Below are positions 38,865 through 48,211 of a stretch of DNA of 64,000 bases, piece after piece; position 1 is the stretch's first letter, and each line of letters opens with the position of its first letter. The notes under the pieces are model-generated. The model made no database searches and was not told the DNA's origin. It worked only from the letters and a program-made list of their open reading frames with translations. This DNA is from a bacterium (GTDB lineage Bacteria > Krumholzibacteriota > Krumholzibacteriia > LZORAL124-64-63): positions 6,779 to 70,778 of the forward strand of contig JAAEOA010000202.1 in NCBI GenBank assembly GCA_024223715.1, written 5' to 3'. A program made the position numbers and the translations under genes.

Positions 38865-41312
38865 ATGCGTTCGCGCCCTAATAACTTTAGCCTTCTGTTC
38901 TTTGCTTTGCTGATCTTGCTTGTTTGGGTTGGTTGTGCCCAACAGGATTTGTACGAACCACCGGGATCACCTTTTGAAGAGGTGGGACGGGTTCCTTTGC
39001 CCAGTGAAAACGAAGGCGTGGCCATAATTGGTCGTTATGCTTTTGTAGCTGGTGGTCAGGCAGGCCTGCACTCCATCGACTTCACCGACCCGCGCAATCC
39101 TGTTTTGCTGCAAACTCTGAATACTCTCAAATACAGTGAGAGCGTGGAAGTGGTTCGTTCCTTTGTTGACCATCAGCTCCAGGACATTGCTCTGGTTGTT
39201 GAAGGCACCGAAGGTATTACCAGCTACGATATTACTGACCCCGGAAACATGACCAGCTTTAACAGTGGCACCACTGCGGTCTTTGGAAATCGGGTATACG
39301 TAGATCAGCCAGAAGATCCAGATGAGCCTTTCGTAGCTTTCCTTGCTGAAAGCTGGAAAGGCGTTCGCATTTTTGAAAGCATTCCCGCCCAGCCCGGTAT
39401 TCTGGCCTATAATGGTGTTTTTGTAGGCACCCAGGGTTACGCCGAAGGCATTGAAGTGCGCAATGGTTATGCTTATGTGGCTGACGATGAAATGGGACTT
39501 GCCGTCCTGGACGTGCGCATTCTCGACCTCGATGCCGTTAGCCTCGTCAGTTGGGCCGATACTCCCGGCGAAGCCCTTGATGTGGTTCTCGAAGGTGATT
39601 ACGCTTACGTTGCCGATGGTAAAAAAGGCCTCGCAATTTTCCGTATCAATGAAGGCGATACTCCTGAACCAGTTGCCAATCTCGACCTGACCGGGGACTG
39701 CCAATCGGTGGCTGTTCGTGACGGTCTGGTGGCCTTGGCCGGCCGTTGGGGTGGAACCATTTTTGTTGATGTTTCCAATCCCTCCGATCCCATTTTCTTG
39801 GGACGCTCCCTTGGATATTCCATGGATCTGGCCATCAGCAGCGAAGGATTTATTCTTGTTGCCGATAAAGACAATGGCCTGATTGTTCTTCAAGGCCCCG
39901 GTGAATTTACTGACAACACTCCCCCTTCTCCCGTCAGAAGCCTGACGACCCAGAGTTTTGGCATTGGCGCTGTTCGCTTGAACTGGTTTGCCACCGGCGA
40001 CGATGGCATGATGGGGCAAGCCTCCAGTCTGGACATCAGATACTCTGAAACACCCATCGTTGATGAAGCCAGCTGGGATGCTGCCACCATTGTCACCGGT
40101 GTTCCATTGCCAGACCCGCCAGGAACAGAAATGAGCTTTGTCGTATCTGAGCTTAGCGATGGAGAAAAACACTTTGCCATACGCTTCTCTGATGAAGTCG
40201 GCCACATATCTTCTCTCAGTAACCCTGTTTCCGGAATTCCGGGAGAAGGCATCCTGCTTCTCGATGGCAGCCTTGATATTCAGGGCGGAACCACCGAAGA
40301 CACTTACACTTACGGTGTGACATATATTTTTGATGAAGCCCCAACGGTTCATCAGGTGGTTATTGACGGCACTGCTTTCGAAATGTCCGTTGCGGAAACC
40401 AAGATTGATGAAATTGCCTACACTTATCAGACTCAGTTGCCCGCTGGTTCTCACACCTATTCCTTCAATTTCGAAGTTGCCGACCCTGAGGTTCCTCCGG
40501 CAACAACGGAAGAGACCACCGGCCCTCTTATTGGCAGTCTGGTTTTCACCATGGGCAGTTCAGACACTGAAAACACTCTGGACCCAAATTACGAACCAGG
40601 ACGCCAGACTGACGAATGGCAACACACTGTCGTTCTTTCCAATACAATCGAATCATTGGTCAGCGAAGTGACTCAAGCTCAGTGGACATCACTCGGATTC
40701 GTCAATCCCAGCTCCTTTTCTGGTGCCAATCGTCCGGTGGAATCAGTAACCTGGTTGCAAGCAGTTCAGTACTGCAACGCTCTTTCTGCTGATGATGGCC
40801 TCACCAGTGCCTACGACATTGCCGGTGAAACCGTAACCTGGGATCAGGAAGCCGATGGCTGGCGTTTGCCTACCGAAGCTGAATGGGAATGGCTGTGCCG
40901 TTCAGGTAGCACCACCACCTTCGCCGGCGGCCCATTGACCGGCAGAGTTTGCAATGTGGACCCGGTCCTGGATGCCATGGGTTGGTATTGCGGTAGCACT
41001 TTTGCCGACGATCCTTCCACCAGTGATGTCTCTCAAAAAACCGCCAACAGTGCCGGCTTGTATGATATGCACGGCAATGTCTGGGAATGGTGCTGGGATT
41101 GGTACGGTGACTACCGTGTGGCCGACGAAGACGGCGACGGTGTCGTTCTTGACCCCACTGGTGCACACAGTGGAACTCAACGAGTTGTCCGCGGTGGAAG
41201 CTGGTACGGTGGCAGTGAAGATTGCCGCAGTGCCAACCGAGAATCCCGTTTCACCGATTCAGCAGATGATGTTGTGGGCCTGCGCGTGGTCCGAACCATC
41301 TTCAGCAAATAG
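38865..41312 (+). CDS. Lipoprotein: LVIVD-repeat beta-propeller + FN3/Ig-like modules + C-terminal FGE-sulfatase (SUMF1/GldK/EgtB-type) domain
   Basis: AAGGAG SD. Lipobox LLVWVGC. Repeats YAFVAGGQAGLHSIDF, YAYVADDEMGLAVLDV, YAYVADGKKGLAIFRI, ILVADKDNGLIVLQG. FGE-fold motifs RPVESVTWLQAVQYCNALS, GWRLPTEAEWEW, LYDMHGNVWEWCWDWY, RVVRGGSWYG. Confidence 0.7.
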   Translation: MRSRPNNFSLLFFALLILLVWVGCAQQDLYEPPGSPFEEVGRVPLPSENEGVAIIGRYAFVAGGQAGLHSIDFTDPRNPVLLQTLNTLKYSESVEVVRSFVDHQLQDIALVVEGTEGITSYDITDPGNMTSFNSGTTAVFGNRVYVDQPEDPDEPFVAFLAESWKGVRIFESIPAQPGILAYNGVFVGTQGYAEGIEVRNGYAYVADDEMGLAVLDVRILDLDAVSLVSWADTPGEALDVVLEGDYAYVADGKKGLAIFRINEGDTPEPVANLDLTGDCQSVAVRDGLVALAGRWGGTIFVDVSNPSDPIFLGRSLGYSMDLAISSEGFILVADKDNGLIVLQGPGEFTDNTPPSPVRSLTTQSFGIGAVRLNWFATGDDGMMGQASSLDIRYSETPIVDEASWDAATIVTGVPLPDPPGTEMSFVVSELSDGEKHFAIRFSDEVGHISSLSNPVSGIPGEGILLLDGSLDIQGGTTEDTYTYGVTYIFDEAPTVHQVVIDGTAFEMSVAETKIDEIAYTYQTQLPAGSHTYSFNFEVADPEVPPATTEETTGPLIGSLVFTMGSSDTENTLDPNYEPGRQTDEWQHTVVLSNTIESLVSEVTQAQWTSLGFVNPSSFSGANRPVESVTWLQAVQYCNALSADDGLTSAYDIAGETVTWDQEADGWRLPTEAEWEWLCRSGSTTTFAGGPLTGRVCNVDPVLDAMGWYCGSTFADDPSTSDVSQKTANSAGLYDMHGNVWEWCWDWYGDYRVADEDGDGVVLDPTGAHSGTQRVVRGGSWYGGSEDCRSANRESRFTDSADDVVGLRVVRTIFSK

Positions 41313-41319
41313 GAAAGTC

Positions 41320-42414
41320 ATGGCTGAAAAAAAACGTTTCACATTCATTGACGAATTCCGGGGCCTCATCGGTGTGATGATGGCCCTGGGGCACAGCAAT
41401 TATTATTTCAATTCGGCATGGTTAACGTTAGATCCCCTGGATCCGTTTTTCAGCAACTTACCTCAGTTCCTTCTGAGGTACATGGGATACCTGTGCGCCC
41501 CTGGTTTTCTAATGATGAATGGGGCCATGATTTATTATGTTTTTCATCGTCGTATGAAAAACGGCGAAGGATTGGGTTCCATTCGTTGGGGATTCATCCA
41601 ACGGGGCCTTTTCCTCATTGCGGTTCAATTGGTTTGGGTGAATGCTTCTTGGGGTGGATTCAGCAGACTGCGGTTGGGCCATTTTGGCATCATTGCCACT
41701 ATTGGCACCAGCATGTTACTGCTGATTTGGATTGTAACCTGGAAATGGCAATGGCGGGCTCTAACGGCGGCTGTTCTTTTCATAGTTCATCCATTCCTTC
41801 TGAAAATTCCTTACGACATGGATGGGCCTGCCCACTATGTCATGCAGTTTTTCGTAGATTCCGGCCATTTCAACAAATACCCTGTTTTGCCATGGTTCGC
41901 TCTGGCGATAGTGGGTAGTGTGATGGCCCATTTCTGGTTTGAAGGCTGGAAGGACCCAGACATACGGGCTCGAAATTCTGTCTTAACCGGATTAAGCCTA
42001 ATTGCCTTAGCCTATGTGGTTCGTTTCGGACACGGTTTTGGAAACATTTTTGCCTGGGATACTTTCTTCAGTTACTCCTTCTTTCTGGTGCAGAAATATC
42101 CACCCAGCCTGGCTCACCAACTCTGGTTATCAGGAACGGTAATCTCATTGGTCGGCGCATTCAGTTACATTGATCAAAGAAGTCCAATCTTGCGCCCCTT
42201 GGCCAACGTGGGCCGAGTTCCGTTGTTTTTCTATGCAGTTCACATTCCCCTGCTATCAATTTTTTCCCGCAGGTTTGGTTTCTTCTATCACGAAGGAGCC
42301 GTTATGGAATCGCTCATTGGCTGGGTTGTCCTTTTGGCTGTTATGTACCCGCTGGCACTGTGGTTTGGTGGGGTTAAAAAACGATCCAGGGCCTGGATTA
42401 TTCGCATGATCTAG
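41320..42414 (+). CDS. Polytopic membrane acyltransferase-like protein (DUF1624 / heparan-alpha-glucosaminide N-acetyltransferase-like)
   Basis: AGGAAA SD. N-terminal KKRFTFIDEFRGLIGVMMALGH motif followed by about 9-10 hydrophobic helices. The ORF-track start at 40954 lies inside the previous gene. Confidence 0.55.
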   Translation: MAEKKRFTFIDEFRGLIGVMMALGHSNYYFNSAWLTLDPLDPFFSNLPQFLLRYMGYLCAPGFLMMNGAMIYYVFHRRMKNGEGLGSIRWGFIQRGLFLIAVQLVWVNASWGGFSRLRLGHFGIIATIGTSMLLLIWIVTWKWQWRALTAAVLFIVHPFLLKIPYDMDGPAHYVMQFFVDSGHFNKYPVLPWFALAIVGSVMAHFWFEGWKDPDIRARNSVLTGLSLIALAYVVRFGHGFGNIFAWDTFFSYSFFLVQKYPPSLAHQLWLSGTVISLVGAFSYIDQRSPILRPLANVGRVPLFFYAVHIPLLSIFSRRFGFFYHEGAVMESLIGWVVLLAVMYPLALWFGGVKKRSRAWIIRMI

Positions 42415-42528
42415 GTTGGAAAGAATTTGAAAAATCGTCCCCTCTTGGGGAAACCCTGGAAGAGCCATCCAGGACAGGACTGGTGACATTAAGCTATGCT
42501 GGTTTCAGTTCACCATGATCAAAAAAAA

Positions 42529-43314
42529 TCAGACTTGTTTATTCAATCCAGCCAAAAAGACCGCACCCCGTAAAGTCCATGCCGGATCAACAATGCGATC
42601 GTCCAGAGGCAATAATGAACTGAGCCCGCCAGTCAGAATAACAGGCAAATCGCCATAAGACTCTTTTAGTTTATTTAGGGTCCATTCAATGGAACCCCAG
42701 CCAGCCAACCAGGCTCCGTTTTTCATGGCCTCCTCTGTGTGGCGACCCACAGTTGAAGGCGTTTTTCCAAAAGAAAACGTTTCCAGCATAGCTCCTTTGG
42801 CTCCCATTTGGCGGGAACTGAATTCCATGCCCGGTGAAATGAGGCCCCCTTTAAAAACGCCATCGAGTAAAAGGTCAAAAGTAGTCGCTGTGCCTGCATC
42901 AACAACAACGGCCGAAGTCAGGCCAATACCCAAAGCAGCAGCGATGTTGCAGACCCGGTCCGGTCCCATTGTTTCCTGATGAATGATTTCATGATCACAA
43001 GGCAATTCAGAGACCTGCCCCACAACCAAAATATCCGGCCATAAGTTACGAATAATTTCAGTGACGGAAGGAACTACCGAAATCAGGATTTTTTCAGATG
43101 AAGGTGGCGCATCCAATCGGGAAATTTGGTCGATAAAATTTCCAGTATCAGAAGATACATTTGCAGTGGGAATACTTCCCAGTGGTTGAAACTCAAGGTC
43201 ATTTAAAAGGAATTCAGATCCCTTCGGACCGAACTTGCAATAAGCGGCTTCCTGTTTTAAAGCAGATATCTTGACCTGTGAATTTCCCGCATCGATGACA
43301 ATCCTGGAAGCCAT
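42529..43314 (-). CDS. coaX: Type III pantothenate kinase
   Basis: IVIDAGNSQVKIS, VVVDAGTATTFD, ILTGGLSSLL. Confidence 0.85.
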   Translation of the reverse strand: MASRIVIDAGNSQVKISALKQEAAYCKFGPKGSEFLLNDLEFQPLGSIPTANVSSDTGNFIDQISRLDAPPSSEKILISVVPSVTEIIRNLWPDILVVGQVSELPCDHEIIHQETMGPDRVCNIAAALGIGLTSAVVVDAGTATTFDLLLDGVFKGGLISPGMEFSSRQMGAKGAMLETFSFGKTPSTVGRHTEEAMKNGAWLAGWGSIEWTLNKLKESYGDLPVILTGGLSSLLPLDDRIVDPAWTLRGAVFLAGLNKQV

Positions 43315-44216
43315 CAGTCTTCACCTTCTTCAACAGGCAGGAGGTGCACATCGCCTGCATGAATGATAGTAGATTGACCCTGATCATCTTCCATAAGCAA
43401 AGCCCCTTCAGGACCTATGCCCATGGATCTCCCCTCAAAAAATGAGTTCCCCGAGCGAATTCTTACTCTTTTACCCAGAAGGCAATCCAAAGCCGAGAGC
43501 GACGATTGCCATGCCAGCCATCCTTCCCTGGCGAATCGATCAAATTCGTCTTCCACACGCCTGACAATGCAACCGGCAATTGATCCAAGTTTGTGTTTTT
43601 GCCCGGTTTCCAGAAAAATGCTGGTCGCTGTGTTTCTTAATTCGGTTGGGAATGACTTTTTATCAGTGAGAATATTCAGGCCCAGCCCGGCAATCAAATG
43701 CCCAGAGGTGCCTGTCTGTTCCATCAAAAGACCACCCAATTTACATCTTCCAACCATAATATCATTGGGCCATTTTAATCGGGCATCGAGGTTAAATTCT
43801 TCACGTAGGGCCAGGACGACCATCAAACCGAGCCAAACGGAAAAACCTTTTTGAGCAGAAGCGGGGTGATCTGGTATCACCACCGAAAGGTGCAGTCCCC
43901 CACAATCAATCCACTGGCGGCCCTGGCGGCCTTTGCCAGCACTTTGGTGACGGGAAACAACAACAGTCCCCCTTTGAAGATTGGCCACCGGATCGAGGTA
44001 ACCAAGATCAGAAGCTTTCCATCCCCAATCCTGCCATTGGCAAATACGACCTTCAGCGGCAGGGCCTCTTCCTAACAGGAATTCATTGGTACTGGGAACA
44101 TTTTCCAGGAGAAACAGCTGGGCACCAGTCCTGCGAAATCGTACTCCGGACTCAAAAACATCGAGTCCGAACCAATCTCGGTGAACCGAATTGTTTTTCC
44201 GATTGTCGTGCATCAT
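43314..44216 (-). CDS. birA: Biotin--[acetyl-CoA-carboxylase] ligase (no N-terminal HTH recognisable)
   Basis: VVVSRHQSAGKGRQGRQW biotin-binding loop and KWPNDIMVG. 1-nt overlap with coaX and ATGA overlap with nadC. Confidence 0.85.
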   Translation of the reverse strand: MMHDNRKNNSVHRDWFGLDVFESGVRFRRTGAQLFLLENVPSTNEFLLGRGPAAEGRICQWQDWGWKASDLGYLDPVANLQRGTVVVSRHQSAGKGRQGRQWIDCGGLHLSVVIPDHPASAQKGFSVWLGLMVVLALREEFNLDARLKWPNDIMVGRCKLGGLLMEQTGTSGHLIAGLGLNILTDKKSFPTELRNTATSIFLETGQKHKLGSIAGCIVRRVEDEFDRFAREGWLAWQSSLSALDCLLGKRVRIRSGNSFFEGRSMGIGPEGALLMEDDQGQSTIIHAGDVHLLPVEEGED

Positions 44217-45070
44217 GAATTCATGTCCAATCCCAGATCCAAGGCTTGAATGGAGTGTGTCAGTCGTCCCACAGAAGCAGCATCAACACCCGCCTGAGAA
44301 TACCCGCCAATTGTTTCCAGAGTCACGTTTCCGGAACTTTCCAGCATACTGTTTGACTGGGCTTCGTTTCGTAACTGCACCGCCTGCTGAGTCTCGGAAA
44401 AAGAAAAATTATCCAACATTATCCATTCCACATTCAACTTTAATACCTGGTTTAATTGATCAATCGTATCGACTTCCACTTCAATCGCCAGTTTGGGATA
44501 TTGCTGACGACCTGCAGCAACAAGATCCGCCACACGGTTACCGGCTGCAGCCCAGTGATTGTCCTTGAGCATGATTCGGTCGTACAAGCCCATTCGATGG
44601 TTGTGTCCCCCTCCGCAACGCACTGCATATTTGGCCAGATGCCTGTAGCCTGGAAGAGTTTTCCGTGTATCGAGAACTTTACAGTGTGTGCCTTTTACCT
44701 GGGCGACATAAAGAGAAGTCAGAGAAGCAATTCCACTCAGGTTTTGCATAAAATTCAATAGAATTCTCTCGCCCGTCAAAATGGATGCTGCCGGACCTTC
44801 CAACACAGCCACAACATCGCCAACTTGAACAGGTGTTCCATCCGGTGCAATGGTCTCGATGTTGACTTGAGTATTCATCTGTTCAAAAAGAATATCCAAC
44901 AGTGGTAAGCCTGCCACAACCCCAGGTTCGCGAGCGGAAATTTCAGCCCTAATGACCTGGCCGTCATTGACGGTAATGCTCGTGGTAGCATCGCCGGATC
45001 CTAAATCTTCCATTAGGCTCATGCGTATCAGTTGTTCCGTATAGTCATCCGCTGGAAATTGCAAATCCAT
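44213..45070 (-). CDS. nadC: Nicotinate-nucleotide diphosphorylase (carboxylating), i.e. quinolinate phosphoribosyltransferase
   Basis: ERILLNFMQNLSGIAS, VLDTRKTLPGYR, GGGHNHRMGLYDRIMLKDNH, IMLDNF. Confidence 0.85.
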   Translation of the reverse strand: MDLQFPADDYTEQLIRMSLMEDLGSGDATTSITVNDGQVIRAEISAREPGVVAGLPLLDILFEQMNTQVNIETIAPDGTPVQVGDVVAVLEGPAASILTGERILLNFMQNLSGIASLTSLYVAQVKGTHCKVLDTRKTLPGYRHLAKYAVRCGGGHNHRMGLYDRIMLKDNHWAAAGNRVADLVAAGRQQYPKLAIEVEVDTIDQLNQVLKLNVEWIMLDNFSFSETQQAVQLRNEAQSNSMLESSGNVTLETIGGYSQAGVDAASVGRLTHSIQALDLGLDMNS

Positions 45071-45092
45071 TGTACTCTCTTTTTCTGACGAC

Positions 45093-47102
45093 CTATTCGG
45101 TGCCCAGGCCCCACTGGGCCTTCATGTCTTCCATACGATCGCGCAGGGCCGCAGCCTTTTCAAATTCCAGATTTTTAGCCGCTGTTTTCATGGCGTCGTG
45201 AAGCATCTCAATGGTATCGCGGGGTGAGAAATCACCAGCCATAATTTTTTCCCAGGGCATTTCTTCGACTTGGGCATCGGGAGTATCGCCATGACCTGAG
45301 GCGGCCATGGTCGATTGTAAAATTTCCTCACGACTTTTGACAATAGTGCGCGGAACTATGCCGTGTTTTTCATTGTAAGCCATCTGAATTTTGCGGCGGC
45401 GATTTGTTTCCTTAATGGCCAGGTCCATGCTTCTGGTAACCTTATCGGCATACATAATAACTTGGCCATCGGAATTCCTTGCAGCGCGACCAGCGGTTTG
45501 AATGAGGCTTCTTTCCGAACGCAGAAAACCTTCACGGTCTGCATCAAGAATGGCAACCAGAGCCACTTCAGGCAAATCCAGTCCCTCACGCAATAGGTTT
45601 ACACCCACCAGAACATCGTTGTCTCCGAGTCGCAGTTTTCGTAAAATTTCTATTCGGTCCAAAGCAGAAATATCAGAATGAAGATAAGAAACTTTCACAC
45701 CGGCCAGAGCCAGATATTCACTCAAATCCTCACTCATTTTTTTTGTCAGGGTCGTGACCAGAACCCTTTGGTTTCGACCAACCACAACTCTGATTTTTTC
45801 CAACAAATCGTCCACCTGATTTGTCACGGGCAGGACTGTAATGGCCGGGTCCAGCAATCCGGTGGGTCGAATGACCTGCTCCACAACCACGCCATGACTT
45901 TTTTCCAATTCATAGTCGGCAGGAGTAGCGGAAACAAAAACCGTTTGGGGCATTATATTTTCAAACTCTTCAAAAATAAGTGGACGATTGTCCATTGCAC
46001 TGGGCAACCGAAAACCATGTTCAACCAGATTCACTTTTCGTGAACGATCACCATAATACATGGCCCCTATCTGTGGAATAGTGGCATGGCTTTCATCAAT
46101 AAACATCAAATAATCGTCAGGAAAATAGTCAAGCAAACACGCCGGTCGTGTTCCCGGCTCCCTTTTATCGAAATATCGTGAATAATTCTCCACCCCGGCG
46201 CAATGACCAATTTGAGTGATCATTTCCATATCGTAGCGTACTCGTGAGGCCAGACGGTGCGCTTCCAGACCTTTTCCCAATTCATCTAATTCACCCAGCC
46301 GAATTTCAAGATCCCTGCCGATGGCATCAACAATGGACCCCACTCCACCCCGTTCGGTAACAAACTGGGTGGCTGGATAGATCATTGCATTGCTGGCTTC
46401 ACCCAGGCCTTTGCCGGTCAAAGGATCAATCCAACTGAGAGCCTCAATTTCGTCTCCAAATAACTCAACCCTGAGCACCCGTTCTTCAAAAGCTGAACGA
46501 ATTTCAACCGTATCACCCCTGACGCGAAAAGTTCCATAAGTGGGATCAATGTCATTTCTCGAATATTGAATATCCACAAGGTTATTCAACAAATCGTCCC
46601 GATCAATTTCCTGACCGACTTCCAGGCTGATCATGCTGCTGCGAAAAGTTTCCGGGTTTCCCACACCATAAATGGCTGAAACACTGGCCACCACAATGAC
46701 ATCTCGACGGGCAAGCAGGCTGCTGGTTGCCCTCAGGCGCAGCCGTTCGATTTCATCATTAATACTTGTATCTTTTTCGATGTAAGTATTGGTCGTGGGA
46801 ATAAAGGCTTCGGGTTGATAATAGTCATAGTAGGAAATAAAAAACTCTACGGCATTTTTGGGAAAGAACCCCTTCAATTCACCGTACAGTTGGGCCGCCA
46901 GAGTTTTGTTGTGACTGAAAATCAAGGCCGGACGATCCAATTGTTCGATCATATTGGCCATGGTAAATGTTTTACCTGAGCCGGTAACTCCGAGAAGTGT
47001 TTGGTATTGATGATTATTATTGGCGGCGGCCACCAACTGCTTGATGGCCTCTGGTTGGTCACCAGTGGGTTTAAATTGTGATGACAGCTGAAACATCCCC
47101 AT
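45093..47102 (-). CDS. uvrB: Excinuclease ABC subunit B
   Basis: FKPTGDQPEAI, GVTGSGKTFT, DESH, beta-hairpin region YYDYYQPEA, C-terminal UVR domain FEKAAALRDR. Confidence 0.97.
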   Translation of the reverse strand: MGMFQLSSQFKPTGDQPEAIKQLVAAANNNHQYQTLLGVTGSGKTFTMANMIEQLDRPALIFSHNKTLAAQLYGELKGFFPKNAVEFFISYYDYYQPEAFIPTTNTYIEKDTSINDEIERLRLRATSSLLARRDVIVVASVSAIYGVGNPETFRSSMISLEVGQEIDRDDLLNNLVDIQYSRNDIDPTYGTFRVRGDTVEIRSAFEERVLRVELFGDEIEALSWIDPLTGKGLGEASNAMIYPATQFVTERGGVGSIVDAIGRDLEIRLGELDELGKGLEAHRLASRVRYDMEMITQIGHCAGVENYSRYFDKREPGTRPACLLDYFPDDYLMFIDESHATIPQIGAMYYGDRSRKVNLVEHGFRLPSAMDNRPLIFEEFENIMPQTVFVSATPADYELEKSHGVVVEQVIRPTGLLDPAITVLPVTNQVDDLLEKIRVVVGRNQRVLVTTLTKKMSEDLSEYLALAGVKVSYLHSDISALDRIEILRKLRLGDNDVLVGVNLLREGLDLPEVALVAILDADREGFLRSERSLIQTAGRAARNSDGQVIMYADKVTRSMDLAIKETNRRRKIQMAYNEKHGIVPRTIVKSREEILQSTMAASGHGDTPDAQVEEMPWEKIMAGDFSPRDTIEMLHDAMKTAAKNLEFEKAAALRDRMEDMKAQWGLGTE

Positions 47103-47105
47103 GCT

Positions 47106-48197
47106 TTAATTCCCAGCTGCTTTTCTCAGAAGAATAGGATCCAATAAAATGGTTTGACCGGATGCAAAGGGTCTCAGGTCTTGAACCAGACCATTGAAGG
47201 TCAATTCCACACCATCAAGAAGACCCAATTCAATACTGAAATGGTCGTCAGCACCCCAGTATACAACAAATCCCTGAGCAGAACTATAGGCTTGGCCTGC
47301 AGCCGGCTGTTCTGGCAAAACCCACTCTTCCGTTTCGTCTTCATTTGGGAAAATGGCCTTGGAAAAACCCGCCTCTGCATCTCGCCGAACCGAGAACACG
47401 CCGGGTTCCGGGCAAATCAATCGAATTACGTAAGGCCATTGTTTGTCATTGTCGAAAACCAAAGACGGATCGCACGGGTGGACATTGGGAAGAGAAATAG
47501 TGGAGACATTTATTGGAATTTCTTTGTCTTCCTGAAATACGACATTTGTACCTTTCAGAGGTTCATTTGTTGCAAGAGAAATGCTCCAGCCCGGAGCTAA
47601 AGTATCAGGAGTGGATTCAACTGAATTGCCAACTGTTGAAATCTGAGTTGAATCCTGAGCTGAATCAGGAGTTGTCACCGGGTTTGTTTCTGGATCAGCA
47701 GCAGGAATAACTGACGGGATTGACACCTCCCCGCTTTGATCAAGAACCTCCATGGTCTCGGTATTCAGCAGGATTTTTTCTTCCGGAATTGACTCCTTGT
47801 CATCCAGCCAAAAATAACCGCCAATAACGACAGCTACCAAGAATAAACCGGCCCCGATCCAGTCCCATGGAAGGCCCACTCTTTTTATTTCCACATCATT
47901 TTCGTTCCAGGCCCCAGCAACAGCACTTTCTGCGGCCGCGGAAGTTGCACCAGTAAAGGTTTCGTATATTTCGATCAGTTCTTCGGGTTCAAGCCCAACT
48001 TCGCTGCCATAAGCCCGCAGGAAACTCTTAACATACAAATCGCCCGATACTCGGTGATATTCGTCCATTTCGATGGCCCGCAGCATATTGAGCGGGATTT
48101 TGGTATTGTCGGCAACCTCTTCCAGAGTCAATTCAGCTTTGGTGCGAGCTGCAGCAAGCATTTCACCAGGAGTCAGGTTTTCATCTCTATCAGCCAT
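47106..48197 (-). CDS. RodZ-like HTH (XRE-type) membrane protein with DUF4115-like C-terminus
   Basis: N-terminal GEMLAAARTKAELTLEEVADNTKIPLNMLRAIEMDEY and a single TM helix WIGAGLFLVAVVIGGYFWL. Confidence 0.65.
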   Translation of the reverse strand: MADRDENLTPGEMLAAARTKAELTLEEVADNTKIPLNMLRAIEMDEYHRVSGDLYVKSFLRAYGSEVGLEPEELIEIYETFTGATSAAAESAVAGAWNENDVEIKRVGLPWDWIGAGLFLVAVVIGGYFWLDDKESIPEEKILLNTETMEVLDQSGEVSIPSVIPAADPETNPVTTPDSAQDSTQISTVGNSVESTPDTLAPGWSISLATNEPLKGTNVVFQEDKEIPINVSTISLPNVHPCDPSLVFDNDKQWPYVIRLICPEPGVFSVRRDAEAGFSKAIFPNEDETEEWVLPEQPAAGQAYSSAQGFVVYWGADDHFSIELGLLDGVELTFNGLVQDLRPFASGQTILLDPILLRKAAGN

Positions 48198-48211
48198 GAG
48201 ATCCTTCCTAA

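Noticed and set aside
38967-40454. 495-aa ORF on the - strand.
   Set aside because: It is antisense to the LVIVD/FGE lipoprotein gene, which has repeats, a lipobox, an SD and operon context. This is a shadow ORF.
40954-41319. 122-codon N-terminal extension of the acyltransferase ORF in the ORF track.
   Set aside because: The extension lies inside the FGE-domain coding region in another frame. An ATG at 41320 with an AGGAAA SD sits 7 nt after the upstream stop, and it gives the expected N-terminal RFxxIDxxRG motif.
42438-42451. Hairpin tcccc-tctt-gggga between the convergent acyltransferase and coaX genes.
   Set aside because: The stem is only 5 bp and the U-tract is weak or offset, so I am not confident enough to annotate it as a terminator.
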